IMG/VR virus record: IMGVR_UViG_3300019850_000208
Location: 1-64,000 of that record
Direction: 5' to 3' (one strand)
Length of the DNA: 64,000 nucleotides
DNA from: a virus
In this document: one piece after another, positions 27,239 to 36,545 of the stretch
Position numbering within the stretch: position 1 is the first letter of the stretch
How the letters are laid out: each line of letters starts with the position of its first letter
The notes under the pieces: generated by a model
What the model was told of the DNA's origin: nothing
The model's database searches: none
The model's input: the letters and a program-made list of their open reading frames with translations, nothing else
Program-made: the position numbers and the translations under genes

Positions 27239-28072
27239 ATGGTAACAGAAATCATTGCTGAAATAGGATGTAATCATCAGGGCAACTTTGAGACTGCGAA
27301 AGAAATGATCAAGGCTGCCTATTTTTGTAAAGTCTCAATGGTCAAATCTCAAAAACGTACGGTTAAAGAATATTTAACTCCGGAACAATACGAAAGGCCT
27401 TATGATAATCCGCATTCATTCGGAGCGACATATGGCCAGCATCGCGAAGCACTCGAGTTTAGTGCGGATCAGCACAAGAAGTTAATGAGATATGCTAAAC
27501 ATATGGGCATAACTTATTTTGTGAGTGTATGGGATGTCACAGCTGCAAAAGAGATGAATGAAATAGGTATTCCGATAATAAAGATCCCGTCTGCCTGTCT
27601 CACAGATGATGATCTCCTGGAAGAAGTTAAAAGTTTTGGTAAGCCCATATATATGAGTACAGGCATGTCTACTATCAAAGAAATAGATCATGCTGTAGAA
27701 ATTCTTTATGGAACAGATCTTACATTATTCCATTGTACGAGTTGTTATCCATGTCGGTTCGAAGATGTATACTTAAAGAATATTACATTTCTTCGCGAAA
27801 GGTACTCCCTACCAGTGGGACTATCAGGTCATCACTTGGGAATCGCTATAGATTTAGCCGCGGCTATGATTGGCGCTACAAAAATAGAAAGGCATTTTAC
27901 ATTGGACCGCACAATGAAGGGAACAGATCATGCGGCAAGCCTGGAACCGCAAGGCCTGCAAAAACTGGTGAGAGATTTAAAAGCTGTGCAAATTTCATTG
28001 AAGTTTTGGTCTAGGGATAAGATAGTGCCGTGCGAAAAACCAAGTTGGGAAAAGTTGAGAATGGTAAAGTAA
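27239..28072 (+). CDS. neuB: N-acetylneuraminate/nonulosonate synthase (NeuB family, no SAF domain)
   Basis: IIAEIGCNHQG, KIPS, STGMS, HCTSCYP, GLSGH, ERHFTLDRTMKGTDH. Confidence 0.9.
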   Translation: MVTEIIAEIGCNHQGNFETAKEMIKAAYFCKVSMVKSQKRTVKEYLTPEQYERPYDNPHSFGATYGQHREALEFSADQHKKLMRYAKHMGITYFVSVWDVTAAKEMNEIGIPIIKIPSACLTDDDLLEEVKSFGKPIYMSTGMSTIKEIDHAVEILYGTDLTLFHCTSCYPCRFEDVYLKNITFLRERYSLPVGLSGHHLGIAIDLAAAMIGATKIERHFTLDRTMKGTDHAASLEPQGLQKLVRDLKAVQISLKFWSRDKIVPCEKPSWEKLRMVK

Positions 28073-28094
28073 AAAAGCCTGTTATTGCTGAGCA

Positions 28095-28430
28095 CTATAA
28101 CTTTTCTATCTTCTGACCGATAATCTTTTCAACTGCACGCTTACCAAATCTCGACCACAAATGATATACAAAAGTTGATGCGCCTGAATACTTTACTGCC
28201 TGCCAGAAAATGTTCCAAAAATTATGAGCTATTTGAGCATCTCTAAATACCACTGTTACACCGGCAAAAATACCAAGAATTAATGGAATAAACGGCATAA
28301 TGTGATAATCTATTTTATCATTTGAGAATTTTGTGCCATTATGCAGTCGTTCTTTAATGAACTGAGATATTAATATTATGCCTATTATAATACCTATATC
28401 AAATTGATTTCCAATAAATGAAAGATCCAT
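28095..28430 (-). CDS. Holin-like membrane protein
   Basis: 2-3 hydrophobic helices, basic C-terminus; in the endolysin operon; GGAGG RBS. Confidence 0.6.
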   Translation of the reverse strand: MDLSFIGNQFDIGIIIGIILISQFIKERLHNGTKFSNDKIDYHIMPFIPLILGIFAGVTVVFRDAQIAHNFWNIFWQAVKYSGASTFVYHLWSRFGKRAVEKIIGQKIEKL

Positions 28431-28439
28431 TTTACCTCC

Positions 28440-28601
28440 TCAATGCCGCTTCTTTTTAAATGTTGACTTCTTGACGTCTTGCAATTCCATAATCTGTATT
28501 ATGATATTTAAAGCCTCGACGACATCATCGAGGCTTTTTTTCATTTCATTCTGATTGCGTAAAAGCCTTGTTAAAGCTTTGGTTAAAGTGTCCTTGTTCA
28601 T
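28440..28601 (-). CDS. 53-aa coiled-coil protein (not in ORF track)
   Basis: MNKDTLTKALTRLLRNQNEMKKSLDDVVEALNIIIQIMELQDVKKSTFKKKRH* fills the gap between two holin-like genes. Confidence 0.6.
   Translation of the reverse strand: MNKDTLTKALTRLLRNQNEMKKSLDDVVEALNIIIQIMELQDVKKSTFKKKRH
28510..28541 (+). terminator. Terminator-like hairpin with plus-strand T-tract
   Basis: AAAGCCTCGA-CGACATCA-TCGAGGCTTT plus T-run; same stem as 36509..36541. Confidence 0.55.
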
Positions 28602-28606
28602 TTTAC

Positions 28607-28987
28607 TTACAGTTCTTTAATGTGTTTAGCTAGAATTGCAAGGATAATATCGCCAAATACTATACCAAGTTGATTAACTGTTGACTCAAATTTAGGCCCA
28701 ACGATCAACTTGACCTTTGTAATTATTGCTTCCAATGCATCATGTGCTTCTTCCATGGTAAGTTTACCATCGGCACATTTAGCTTTTAAATCAGCCACCA
28801 TATCATCGCTAAGTGTACTAACAACAGAGTCTACAGCATCATGCACAATTTGAAAAACGTGTTGAATCTGATCATTCTTAACTTTTTCTTTGAGCCACGA
28901 GAATAGTTTCGCCAGAGCCATAATAACTAAAGTTGAAATGCCTAAAACCACCGGCACAGCTATGACAGCCAAAATCGTACTTATCAT
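28607..28987 (-). CDS. Holin (LL-H-like)
   Basis: N-terminal TM helix, then AVDSVV...ADLK..CADGKLTMEEA; adjacent to the endolysin. Confidence 0.65.
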   Translation of the reverse strand: MISTILAVIAVPVVLGISTLVIMALAKLFSWLKEKVKNDQIQHVFQIVHDAVDSVVSTLSDDMVADLKAKCADGKLTMEEAHDALEAIITKVKLIVGPKFESTVNQLGIVFGDIILAILAKHIKEL

Positions 28988-28989
28988 AT

Positions 28990-29613
28990 TTATCTCCTTT
29001 GTTTAAAATTGTCACCCAATGTATCTTGGAATTCATCGAGTGTTACATAAGATTTCCCGATGAATTTTTTATTACTTTTTACGTATACCATTACCGGTCT
29101 TCTTGATGGTATAATTGATTTTGCAATAAATAATCTAGCTGGATTCGAGATGTGCATGTAGTTGCCTCTCCTATCACTATACTCAGAGGTATAAATAATA
29201 ACTTGATTGTAGTCGTGACTTGCTTTAAAATTATCCAAAATCCAATAGTATGTATCCCATACGTCTGCTTTTAACATAATAAAATCGGCCGCACCTTTAC
29301 CTCGCGGATTTGGTGATCCCACAGGGGCCAGCCAGCCGGCCTCGGTTTTGATCAAATTCGGAACAAGAAAGTGATCTGAGGTTTTAGAAGCAGGATACCC
29401 TGCCTTTATTAAAGCATGATATATTTCTCTATCTCTTATCCCAGAAGTGATTTTCATTGGACCAAATTTATCACGTATAGGCTGAAGTAAGTTTTTACAT
29501 AACAGCTTGAGCATTTCAATTTGAAAGTCTGTAGGTGTGATGCGTTTTTTTGTAGTCGCCGAATATGTAAATTCATCTAAGCTGAAATTTTTTGATAGTT
29601 GTTTATTTGACAT
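28990..29613 (-). CDS. Endolysin, peptidase M15 family
   Basis: LSKNFSLDEF, LQPIRDKFG, ITSGIR, SDH, AADF, HIS. Confidence 0.85.
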   Translation of the reverse strand: MSNKQLSKNFSLDEFTYSATTKKRITPTDFQIEMLKLLCKNLLQPIRDKFGPMKITSGIRDREIYHALIKAGYPASKTSDHFLVPNLIKTEAGWLAPVGSPNPRGKGAADFIMLKADVWDTYYWILDNFKASHDYNQVIIYTSEYSDRRGNYMHISNPARLFIAKSIIPSRRPVMVYVKSNKKFIGKSYVTLDEFQDTLGDNFKQRR

Positions 29614-29614
29614 A

Positions 29615-30094
29615 TTAACCCTCCAATTTTTTGCTGAGCTTCTTTCTTATCGCATTAAGCTTCTTGATATCTTTCTGATTTAAATAAGATCTAAATTCTT
29701 CGATGTGCCGAGTGATTTCTTGATCTGTAGTTTCAATAGCTGAATATGTGGTATCCACTAATGATACGATATCATCTATAATTTTTACCTTGTCAAGATA
29801 ACCATCAAATAGATGTTTAAATGATTCTGTTTCTTTTTCTTTTTGGGCTCGCTTCTGATTATCAATTTGAGTATAGAATTCCCTAACAGATTCACCAGTA
29901 ATTTTTGCGTTTTTTTGGCCAGATATTACTAAATAGTTATATACCACTAACTTAATTTTTTCTATGCCTGGCAATTGCGACCAACCTATTTTATTGCTTA
30001 TAAGTCTATCATATGTGGCCTTTATCTCCGTAATCAGAAAGTCCGTGTTTTCTATTTTAATAGTATAATCATTTATCAATTTAGCTTCAACCAT
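29615..30094 (-). CDS. Hypothetical helical protein
   Basis: Probable start at ATG 30094, just after the upstream stop. Confidence 0.65.
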   Translation of the reverse strand: MVEAKLINDYTIKIENTDFLITEIKATYDRLISNKIGWSQLPGIEKIKLVVYNYLVISGQKNAKITGESVREFYTQIDNQKRAQKEKETESFKHLFDGYLDKVKIIDDIVSLVDTTYSAIETTDQEITRHIEEFRSYLNQKDIKKLNAIRKKLSKKLEG

Positions 30095-30095
30095 A

Positions 30096-30668
30096 TTAGC
30101 CGCCCAATATTTTGCTGAGTATAAAGATGACAATTCCACCACTACTAAGCAGTCCCATGATTATAGCCACCCATATGCCAGCTCTGCTCTTGATTTTTTC
30201 CTGTTTTATTCCTTTATTGCCTTTAATAGATTCCAACTTCTCTTGTGAGTCAGTTTCTAATTGTTGTTGTATTAAATTAATTAGCCGTTGATTGCTCATA
30301 GCGGATTGTTCATTCATTTTTTGTACTAGGTTAGATTCCACACTGGATATTTTTTCCTTGATAATATTTTGGCTTTTATTGTGGAAATTCTCAACTATCA
30401 GCTTCATATTTTTTATCTCATGAAACATGCTATTATGTCTTTGTTGTTCTTCTCTGTACTCAGCTGAGATGCCCTCCAATCTATCTTCTATATCTTCAAG
30501 CCGCTTTAGCTTTTCTATAATTAATTTCTGGTGTGATAAAATATTGATGATGCCTGTTTTAAGGCTATTGATTAGTTTAATATTGCAGCTAAGACTTTTA
30601 TGTATAAGCTTGGTAATATAAGTCAGCAACTGTTTTAAATTGTTTTCAGCATTATTATCAAGAACCAT
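30096..30668 (-). CDS. Coiled-coil protein with C-terminal TM helix (lysis operon)
   Basis: Heptad-rich region, then IWVAIIMGLLSSGGIVIFIL; AGGAG RBS. Confidence 0.7.
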   Translation of the reverse strand: MVLDNNAENNLKQLLTYITKLIHKSLSCNIKLINSLKTGIINILSHQKLIIEKLKRLEDIEDRLEGISAEYREEQQRHNSMFHEIKNMKLIVENFHNKSQNIIKEKISSVESNLVQKMNEQSAMSNQRLINLIQQQLETDSQEKLESIKGNKGIKQEKIKSRAGIWVAIIMGLLSSGGIVIFILSKILGG

Positions 30669-30689
30669 TTCGCAACTCCTACATTTTCT

Positions 30690-30720
30690 TTATCTTTGTT
30701 GTAGCGTTATACAAAGATAA
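30690..30720. promoter_or_regulatory. Back-to-back divergent AAAGATAA motifs
   Basis: TTATCTTT (30690-30697) and AAAGATAA (30713-30720) between the divergent lysis and fibre genes. Confidence 0.65.
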
Positions 30721-30747
30721 TTATTAAGACATGAAAGAGGGATTATT

Positions 30748-32013
30748 ATGGGTACAAGAATTAACTTAGATTACCAGGTTGATAATTCACAATTTGATGA
30801 TAAAATTAAAAATAACATCAAGGCCCCGGGCGGCGGCACTTCAAGCTTGGAAGTTGTCAACGCCGATGGTGATACCATGACAGGAGAGCTAAAAGGGCCG
30901 CAGTTTACATTAAACAGTATTTATAGTGCAGATACGGCTACTATATATGGCAGCTATGCGGGCCCCGATTCTACAATGTATATTAGATTTGGGAATGATG
31001 TTAGTGATAAATTAGAAATAGAGTATTGGAATGGTTCCAGTGCAGATACCATCATCTCCATAAGAGGCGATAAAGACTTTACGCAAAATGCGAAGGACTA
31101 TACGCTTAATGCGTCGCATGATGTCACATTTGATGTTAATAATGATTTGTTACTGGATGTGGATACTTCTATTACATTAGATTCACCAACAATTGATTTT
31201 AATTCATCCGGAACGCTAACGGCCGATATAGATAGTAATATAATTTTAGATTCTCCTTCGATTGATATTAAGAATGGTAGTAATGTTATCCAACTGCACA
31301 CTGCTGATGCTGAGATAAATACCTCAGGCAGCATAACACTGGACACCAGTTCAATTAACTTGATTCAAGGAAATAATAGAATTAGAGTGATCGCCGGAAA
31401 ATGGCAATTCACCAATAACAACAGTGATTGGTTCGATTTTCAGACAACACTTCCAATCGGGACAGTTCTTATGTATAATGGCACCGGAATTGCTGATGCC
31501 GATATACGCACAGAGGATATAGGTGAGCGTGGTGGAGACACTATTGGAAAGATGCCCGGCTGGAGGGTTTGCAATGGCAATGCCAGCACTCCTAATCTTT
31601 TCAATAGGTTTATTCGGTCTGAAAATGCAAGTGGGAATATAGGTGGTTCGGATGATGCAATAGTGGTAAGTCATCACCATACAATAAATCATACACATTC
31701 TACCAGTTATGCAACAAGTAGCCATGTGCATGGCTCTTCAAATATGTATGCTGATGTACATTTTGATGCAGCAAATTATATTAGATGGATAGCCAGGGGT
31801 TCTTTTACTTCAACGAGTCATTATGCTTGTGATATTTGGCATGCAGGTGGAGATGCAACTGCTAGTGGTGTTGCTATTAGTGGTAATACCAATGGCCCTA
31901 ACAGTTATAGTCAACCAGCTTATGCTGGTGATTCTGGCGATATAGGAAGTAGTGGAACCGGAGCAAATAAGCCAGCATATTATAGTTTGATATTTATTGT
32001 TAGGATGAGTTAA
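30748..32013 (+). CDS. Virion fibre with collar-like C-terminal domain
   Basis: Shared N-terminal peptide; LPIGTVLMY...GWRVCNG...PNLFNRFIR...HxH...NKPAYYSLIFI. Confidence 0.8.
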   Translation: MGTRINLDYQVDNSQFDDKIKNNIKAPGGGTSSLEVVNADGDTMTGELKGPQFTLNSIYSADTATIYGSYAGPDSTMYIRFGNDVSDKLEIEYWNGSSADTIISIRGDKDFTQNAKDYTLNASHDVTFDVNNDLLLDVDTSITLDSPTIDFNSSGTLTADIDSNIILDSPSIDIKNGSNVIQLHTADAEINTSGSITLDTSSINLIQGNNRIRVIAGKWQFTNNNSDWFDFQTTLPIGTVLMYNGTGIADADIRTEDIGERGGDTIGKMPGWRVCNGNASTPNLFNRFIRSENASGNIGGSDDAIVVSHHHTINHTHSTSYATSSHVHGSSNMYADVHFDAANYIRWIARGSFTSTSHYACDIWHAGGDATASGVAISGNTNGPNSYSQPAYAGDSGDIGSSGTGANKPAYYSLIFIVRMS

Positions 32014-32275
32014 TTATATGTTTGCCGGCTATGTGATTAATTGTCCTTGCGGCAATTTGCAATGATTCCAGAATGAATTTTTTGTTATAAAAGTACCATC
32101 TTTCTAGATATGTGCGAAAATCCTCATAAGAATCTTTTAATATATCATTAAAATTTTCCCTAGATTTATACATATGTAGGCGCAAGAACACTTTTTCCAC
32201 CTGTTCATTAAAAGTAATGTAATCGCCTTTCTCATGGGCTTTAATCATCAATTTTACATGCTCATATTGAAGCAT
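32000..32275 (-). CDS. Hypothetical protein
   Basis: Preceded by the ACAAAGCATATATA motif (32291-32304). Confidence 0.55.
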   Translation of the reverse strand: MLQYEHVKLMIKAHEKGDYITFNEQVEKVFLRLHMYKSRENFNDILKDSYEDFRTYLERWYFYNKKFILESLQIAARTINHIAGKHIINSS

Positions 32276-32321
32276 TATCGGTCACCAGTATATATATGCT
32301 TTGTGAAATATATAATTTTGC

Positions 32322-32510
32322 TTAATCAGCTCCATTAATCGGATTTTTAATTCTCATTCTTTTATACAACTCTGCTTTCTCAGCTAAATATCTGAAACAT
32401 AACCTATCTATTTTTGAAATGTCACCATTTATCAATAAACCTCGTATATAATTCTCATCAAGATCATCGATAAGTTCTCTGAATTTATGGACAAAGTTTT
32501 CTTCAGTCAT
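32322..32510 (-). CDS. Hypothetical protein
   Basis: AAGG RBS; 62 aa. Confidence 0.5.
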   Translation of the reverse strand: MTEENFVHKFRELIDDLDENYIRGLLINGDISKIDRLCFRYLAEKAELYKRMRIKNPINGAD

Positions 32511-32571
32511 TACAACTTACCTTTAAATCCAAAATTCTTAAATGACTTAGTTTATTGCTTTGTTATATTTA

Positions 32572-32784
32572 TTAAGCCTCATACCAAATTGTTACCCAAC
32601 CACGATTATAAGAAGTTGAATCCAAATTCGTTGTATCAAAAGTTCCTGAAGATCTACGTCTACAATAAATTTTTGTAGGCGTAATTATGTAGCTGAAATA
32701 GCTCTGCCTATGGATATTTTCATGGTTTCGGCTCTGTAATCGTGTCATTGATTCATTATCAACGCGAAAGTTTTCACTACCCAT
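32572..32784 (-). pseudogene. Remnant of a fibre C-terminal tip
   Basis: Ends RRRSSGTFDTTNLDSTSYNRGWVTIWYEA, resembling phage fibre C-termini; no RBS and broken frames upstream. Confidence 0.45.
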
Positions 32785-32975
32785 GCAAACCCACTTTCAG
32801 GGACAATATATGCTGGTAAATCTGTGTATAATCTTTTAAATGTATAACAGGCGTTTTATATTGCATTGTTCAAAACCTCAATAACCCATAGTATACAAAT
32901 ACGCAACATGGCCGCTTGCTAATAATCCTATTATAAAGTGCAAATAAATTATTATCATTTTATTCTTCTATATGA

Positions 32976-34328
32976 TTATGATGTAGCTACTGCTGTCACT
33001 ATAACAGCAAAATTGTGTGATGAAGTATGATCATTAAACACTTGTACTGTAACAGAATTAGTACCTAATGTTATACTGTTAATATGAGGTGTATCGGCGG
33101 AACTTCCACCTCCTCCACCTCCGCCAATGCTGCATTGGAAATACCCAAAACCTGCATCTGTACAACATGCATAAGCAACTAATACGCCCGTCGGGTTAAA
33201 TGAAAATCCTGACACAACAACATCATAATATGAATCAGCTGCGATTGAAGCTGTATTTTGTTTTGTTTCTACTTGCATGGCTATCACCTCATTTCCATTT
33301 TTATCTAAAATCTTATCATTGAAAGTTTTATCACCATAAACGGTCTGTGTTGTTTTGTTTAATTTAACATAGCTCGTACCATCAGGCAAATCATCTAAAG
33401 TTTTACCACTGAAATATTTATTAGTTGAGCCTTCAGACAAGTCATCAGTCGTTTTTCCATTGAAATATTTATTAGTTGAGCCTTCAGACAAGTCATCAGT
33501 TGTTTTTCCATTGAAATATTTATTAGTTGAACCTTCAGACAAGTCATCAGTTGTTTTCCCACTGAAATATTTATTAGTTGATCCTTCAGGTATATCATCC
33601 GAATCTACTCCAGATAATGATCCGCCAATGTCGACATTGCCTATAAAATCTACACTTTGATCAGAATGCAACTTCATCACTTCTAATTTTGTATTTCCAT
33701 CGTAATAATCAAAAATAAAATCTCTGTAGGATCCAGTCCCTCTTTTCTGCATCCGTATTCCATATTGAGATTCAGTCGGATACCCATTGTTGTATAGGTC
33801 TATAAATTCTTGATTTGGCTCATTGCCTCTCACTAGTGATAATGTCGCTTCATAGGGATTGAACCAGGTTTCACTTGGAGCCCATATTTGCAATATGGTA
33901 TAATCGGCCGCATATCGTCTCATTATAAAGAATCCAGTTCCACCTTTATATAATGCTAGCTCTGAATCTCCGGAAATTGAATCATCAAACTGTATGCCGC
34001 CGGTTACTCTTATATCCGAATCCACCGCAAGCTTAAAATTGGTAACCCACTGATCATTAGTCTCATCCCACTTCAAAAAAGCATCGGTTGAGGATCCTCT
34101 TTCGGCGGTAATAAAAGCATCTGATGCCGGTGCACCTGTAGTGCTGCTGTTAAAAATAATTTGATTGCCATCTACCTCCAGTGTCGGCACTGTTAATGTA
34201 CCGCTCATTATATCACCGGTTTTTTGAACAAGATCATCCGATGAGGTGCCTGTGGTTACAGCGGTTTCAACTTTGGTCTCAAAAGAAACTGTATTTATCT
34301 GTTCTGCATTAAGTAATGTTCTTGCCAT
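32976..34328 (-). CDS. Virion fibre protein
   Basis: Start MARTLL after AGGAG; shared N-terminal peptide; ERGSSTDAFLKWDETNDQW module; TTDDLSEGSTNKYF repeats. Confidence 0.8.
   Translation of the reverse strand: MARTLLNAEQINTVSFETKVETAVTTGTSSDDLVQKTGDIMSGTLTVPTLEVDGNQIIFNSSTTGAPASDAFITAERGSSTDAFLKWDETNDQWVTNFKLAVDSDIRVTGGIQFDDSISGDSELALYKGGTGFFIMRRYAADYTILQIWAPSETWFNPYEATLSLVRGNEPNQEFIDLYNNGYPTESQYGIRMQKRGTGSYRDFIFDYYDGNTKLEVMKLHSDQSVDFIGNVDIGGSLSGVDSDDIPEGSTNKYFSGKTTDDLSEGSTNKYFNGKTTDDLSEGSTNKYFNGKTTDDLSEGSTNKYFSGKTLDDLPDGTSYVKLNKTTQTVYGDKTFNDKILDKNGNEVIAMQVETKQNTASIAADSYYDVVVSGFSFNPTGVLVAYACCTDAGFGYFQCSIGGGGGGGSSADTPHINSITLGTNSVTVQVFNDHTSSHNFAVIVTAVATS
33410..33600 (-). repeat. 51-bp (17-aa) tandem repeat, ~4 copies
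   Basis: Units start at 33410, 33461, 33512 and 33563; encode TTDDLSEGSTNKYF(S/N)GK. Confidence 0.95.
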
Positions 34329-34362
34329 TTTACACATCTCCTGAATAGTTTCATTAAATTCT

Positions 34363-34407
34363 TAGCAAGGAAGCACACAGGTTTTTAGCTTGTGAAAAGA
34401 ATTGCTA
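34363..34407. mobile_element. Possible IS200/IS605-type end remnant
   Basis: TAGCAA-GGAAGCACACAGG-TTTTTAG-CTTGTG-AAAAGAA-TTGCTA nested hairpin, resembling GAAGCCCAC..TTTAG..GTG ends; no transposase nearby. Confidence 0.35.
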
Positions 34408-34514
34408 TATTTCCATGAGCAATCACAAAAGCGTAATTTTTATAATTTCTGTATTTAGCTGCCTGGCTTATATATTATCTTTCAAGAAAAGAGATATAAA
34501 ACATATATAGAAGT

Positions 34515-36527
34515 ATGGTAAATTTAATTTTTGTAATAATTAAAAATGAAAATATAAAGGTGTCTTCCGCGGAAGAGATATGCTATTCTCGTAATAAAAA
34601 GGAATACAAGACTTTGCTAATAAACGACAACTATAAATTGACCTCTCGCGACAAAGTGGTATATATTTGTAATAAATGCAATAAAGAAACCACTGAAAAA
34701 TTTAGCAAAAAACATCTTGAAAAGAATTTAATTTGTGCTTCGTGTGCCAGACAAGCAACTAATTTGAATAAGTATGGCGGCAAGTATCCTATTGCCACTA
34801 AAGCAATCAGATACAAAATCGCAAAAACCAATCTGAAAAAGTACGGCGTTGAAAATCCATTTCAAGCAAAAGAAGTTAAAGACAAAATCAAAAAAACTAA
34901 TTTGAAAAAGTATGGAGTTCCATACTCCACTCAGAATCCAGAAGTGCAGCGCAAATCAACGCAAACTAATCTTAAGAAGTATGGAACAAAATACAGCTGT
35001 CAAGCTGAAAAGATCAAAAGAAAAATTAGAGCAACCAATTTAAAAAAATACGGCGCAGAATCTGTTTTATCTGTTGCCAAAATTAGACATAAAATAGAAG
35101 CCACCAATCTGAAAAAATACGGTGCGAAATACGCTCTTCAAGCCGAGAAAGTAAAACAAAAAGCAAAAGAAACTATTAAACAAAAATATGGCGTTGAATA
35201 TATATCTCAGGCCCCTGCAATTCAAGAAAAAATTAAACAAACTAACTTAAAGAAATACGGTGTAGAAAATCCGGCTGCTTCTCAGAAAATTCAAGAGAAA
35301 ATTAAACAAACTAACTTAAAGAAATATGGTGTAGATAATCCTTCAAAATCAGAAGCAGTAAAAGCAAAAAGATCGCTCACAATGCTACGTCGTTTTGGTA
35401 ATACCAATCCGTTCAAGGTCCAAAGTATTATAGACAAAATAACAACTACCAAAAAAAACAAATTTTTGGATGAAATATTCAGTGGTAACAGAGTTGTAGA
35501 AGCGACGCCTTTATTTACGCCCAAGGAATATACAGGCGTAACAACAATGCTTTCTTGGCGTTGTGATAAATGCAACACAGTTTTCAACGACAATTTGGAT
35601 TATGGAAGTGCTCCAAGATGCCCCGTTTGTTACCCTATTTTAAGTAACACCTCTTCCATTGAAAAAGAAGTTAGAGATTACCTTTCATCACTGAATATCA
35701 TTCATATTACGAACGATAGAAATTTAATTCACCCAAAAGAATTAGATATTTTCGTTCCTCAATATAGAATTGCTATTGAGATAGACGGCCTATATTGGCA
35801 TTCCGATCAATTTAAGCCCAAAAATTATCACTTGCAGAAAACACAATTGTGTGAAGCAAAAGGCATTCAGCTTATTCATATATTTGAAGATGAATGGATT
35901 TATAAGCAAAGTATTGTTAAATCGCGTCTCAAATATTTGTTTGGATTGTGTGATCAAACAATTGGCGCCAGATTGACTAATATCCAAAGTATAGAAACTG
36001 CTACCAAAAACATATTTTTAGATACTTATCATATGCAAGGAGCTGATAGATCCAGTATTAAAATAGGCGCTTTTTATAAAGACCGTTTAATGGGGATTAT
36101 GACATTTGTTAAGCCGCGACTATCATTGGGCCAGAAAAAAAGTTTTGCCAATAGGTATGAGCTTTCCAGATATGCTAGTATTGCCAATATATCGCTGCCC
36201 GGTCTGGCATCTAAAATGCTTAAATATTTCATAGTTAACTATAAGCCTCTTGAAATATACACTTATGCCGATCGGCGATGGAGTCAGGGAAAAATATACA
36301 AGCAATTGGGGTTCCAGTTTGTGGGTTTCACGCAGCCTAATTATTGGTACAGTCTTGGTCAAGAAAGAAAACACAGATTTAAGTATAGAAAAAGCGCGTT
36401 GAAAAATTTCAAGAATTATCACCCAAGCAAGACCGAATTTCAAATTATGGATGAGGCCGGCTATTATAGAATATATGATTGTGGCAACTCAAAGTTTGAT
36501 ATGCAATTAAAAAAGCCTCGAGTTTGA
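34515..36527 (+). CDS. Hef-like free-standing homing endonuclease
   Basis: Zn ribbons, ~10 TNLKKYGVxxP repeats, ELDIFVP..IAIEIDGLYWHS nuclease motif, YADRRWS..GKIY..LGF tail; antisense to its neighbours. Confidence 0.8.
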   Translation: MVNLIFVIIKNENIKVSSAEEICYSRNKKEYKTLLINDNYKLTSRDKVVYICNKCNKETTEKFSKKHLEKNLICASCARQATNLNKYGGKYPIATKAIRYKIAKTNLKKYGVENPFQAKEVKDKIKKTNLKKYGVPYSTQNPEVQRKSTQTNLKKYGTKYSCQAEKIKRKIRATNLKKYGAESVLSVAKIRHKIEATNLKKYGAKYALQAEKVKQKAKETIKQKYGVEYISQAPAIQEKIKQTNLKKYGVENPAASQKIQEKIKQTNLKKYGVDNPSKSEAVKAKRSLTMLRRFGNTNPFKVQSIIDKITTTKKNKFLDEIFSGNRVVEATPLFTPKEYTGVTTMLSWRCDKCNTVFNDNLDYGSAPRCPVCYPILSNTSSIEKEVRDYLSSLNIIHITNDRNLIHPKELDIFVPQYRIAIEIDGLYWHSDQFKPKNYHLQKTQLCEAKGIQLIHIFEDEWIYKQSIVKSRLKYLFGLCDQTIGARLTNIQSIETATKNIFLDTYHMQGADRSSIKIGAFYKDRLMGIMTFVKPRLSLGQKKSFANRYELSRYASIANISLPGLASKMLKYFIVNYKPLEIYTYADRRWSQGKIYKQLGFQFVGFTQPNYWYSLGQERKHRFKYRKSALKNFKNYHPSKTEFQIMDEAGYYRIYDCGNSKFDMQLKKPRV

Positions 36528-36541
36528 CCCCGAGGCTTTTT
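36509..36541. terminator. Bidirectional intrinsic terminator
   Basis: AAAAAAGCCTCG...CGAGGCTTTTT between convergent genes. Confidence 0.8.
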
Positions 36542-36545
36542 ATTA

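Noticed and set aside
16251-28072. Bacterial capsule/O-antigen locus (host chromosome or chimeric contig)
   Set aside because: No wzx/wzy/wzm/kps or initiating transferase; contiguous and co-oriented with phage neck and fibre genes
20263-33600. CRISPR array from the 61-bp or 51-bp repeats
   Set aside because: Repeats are contiguous with no unique spacers, the 51-mer is coding, and there are no cas genes
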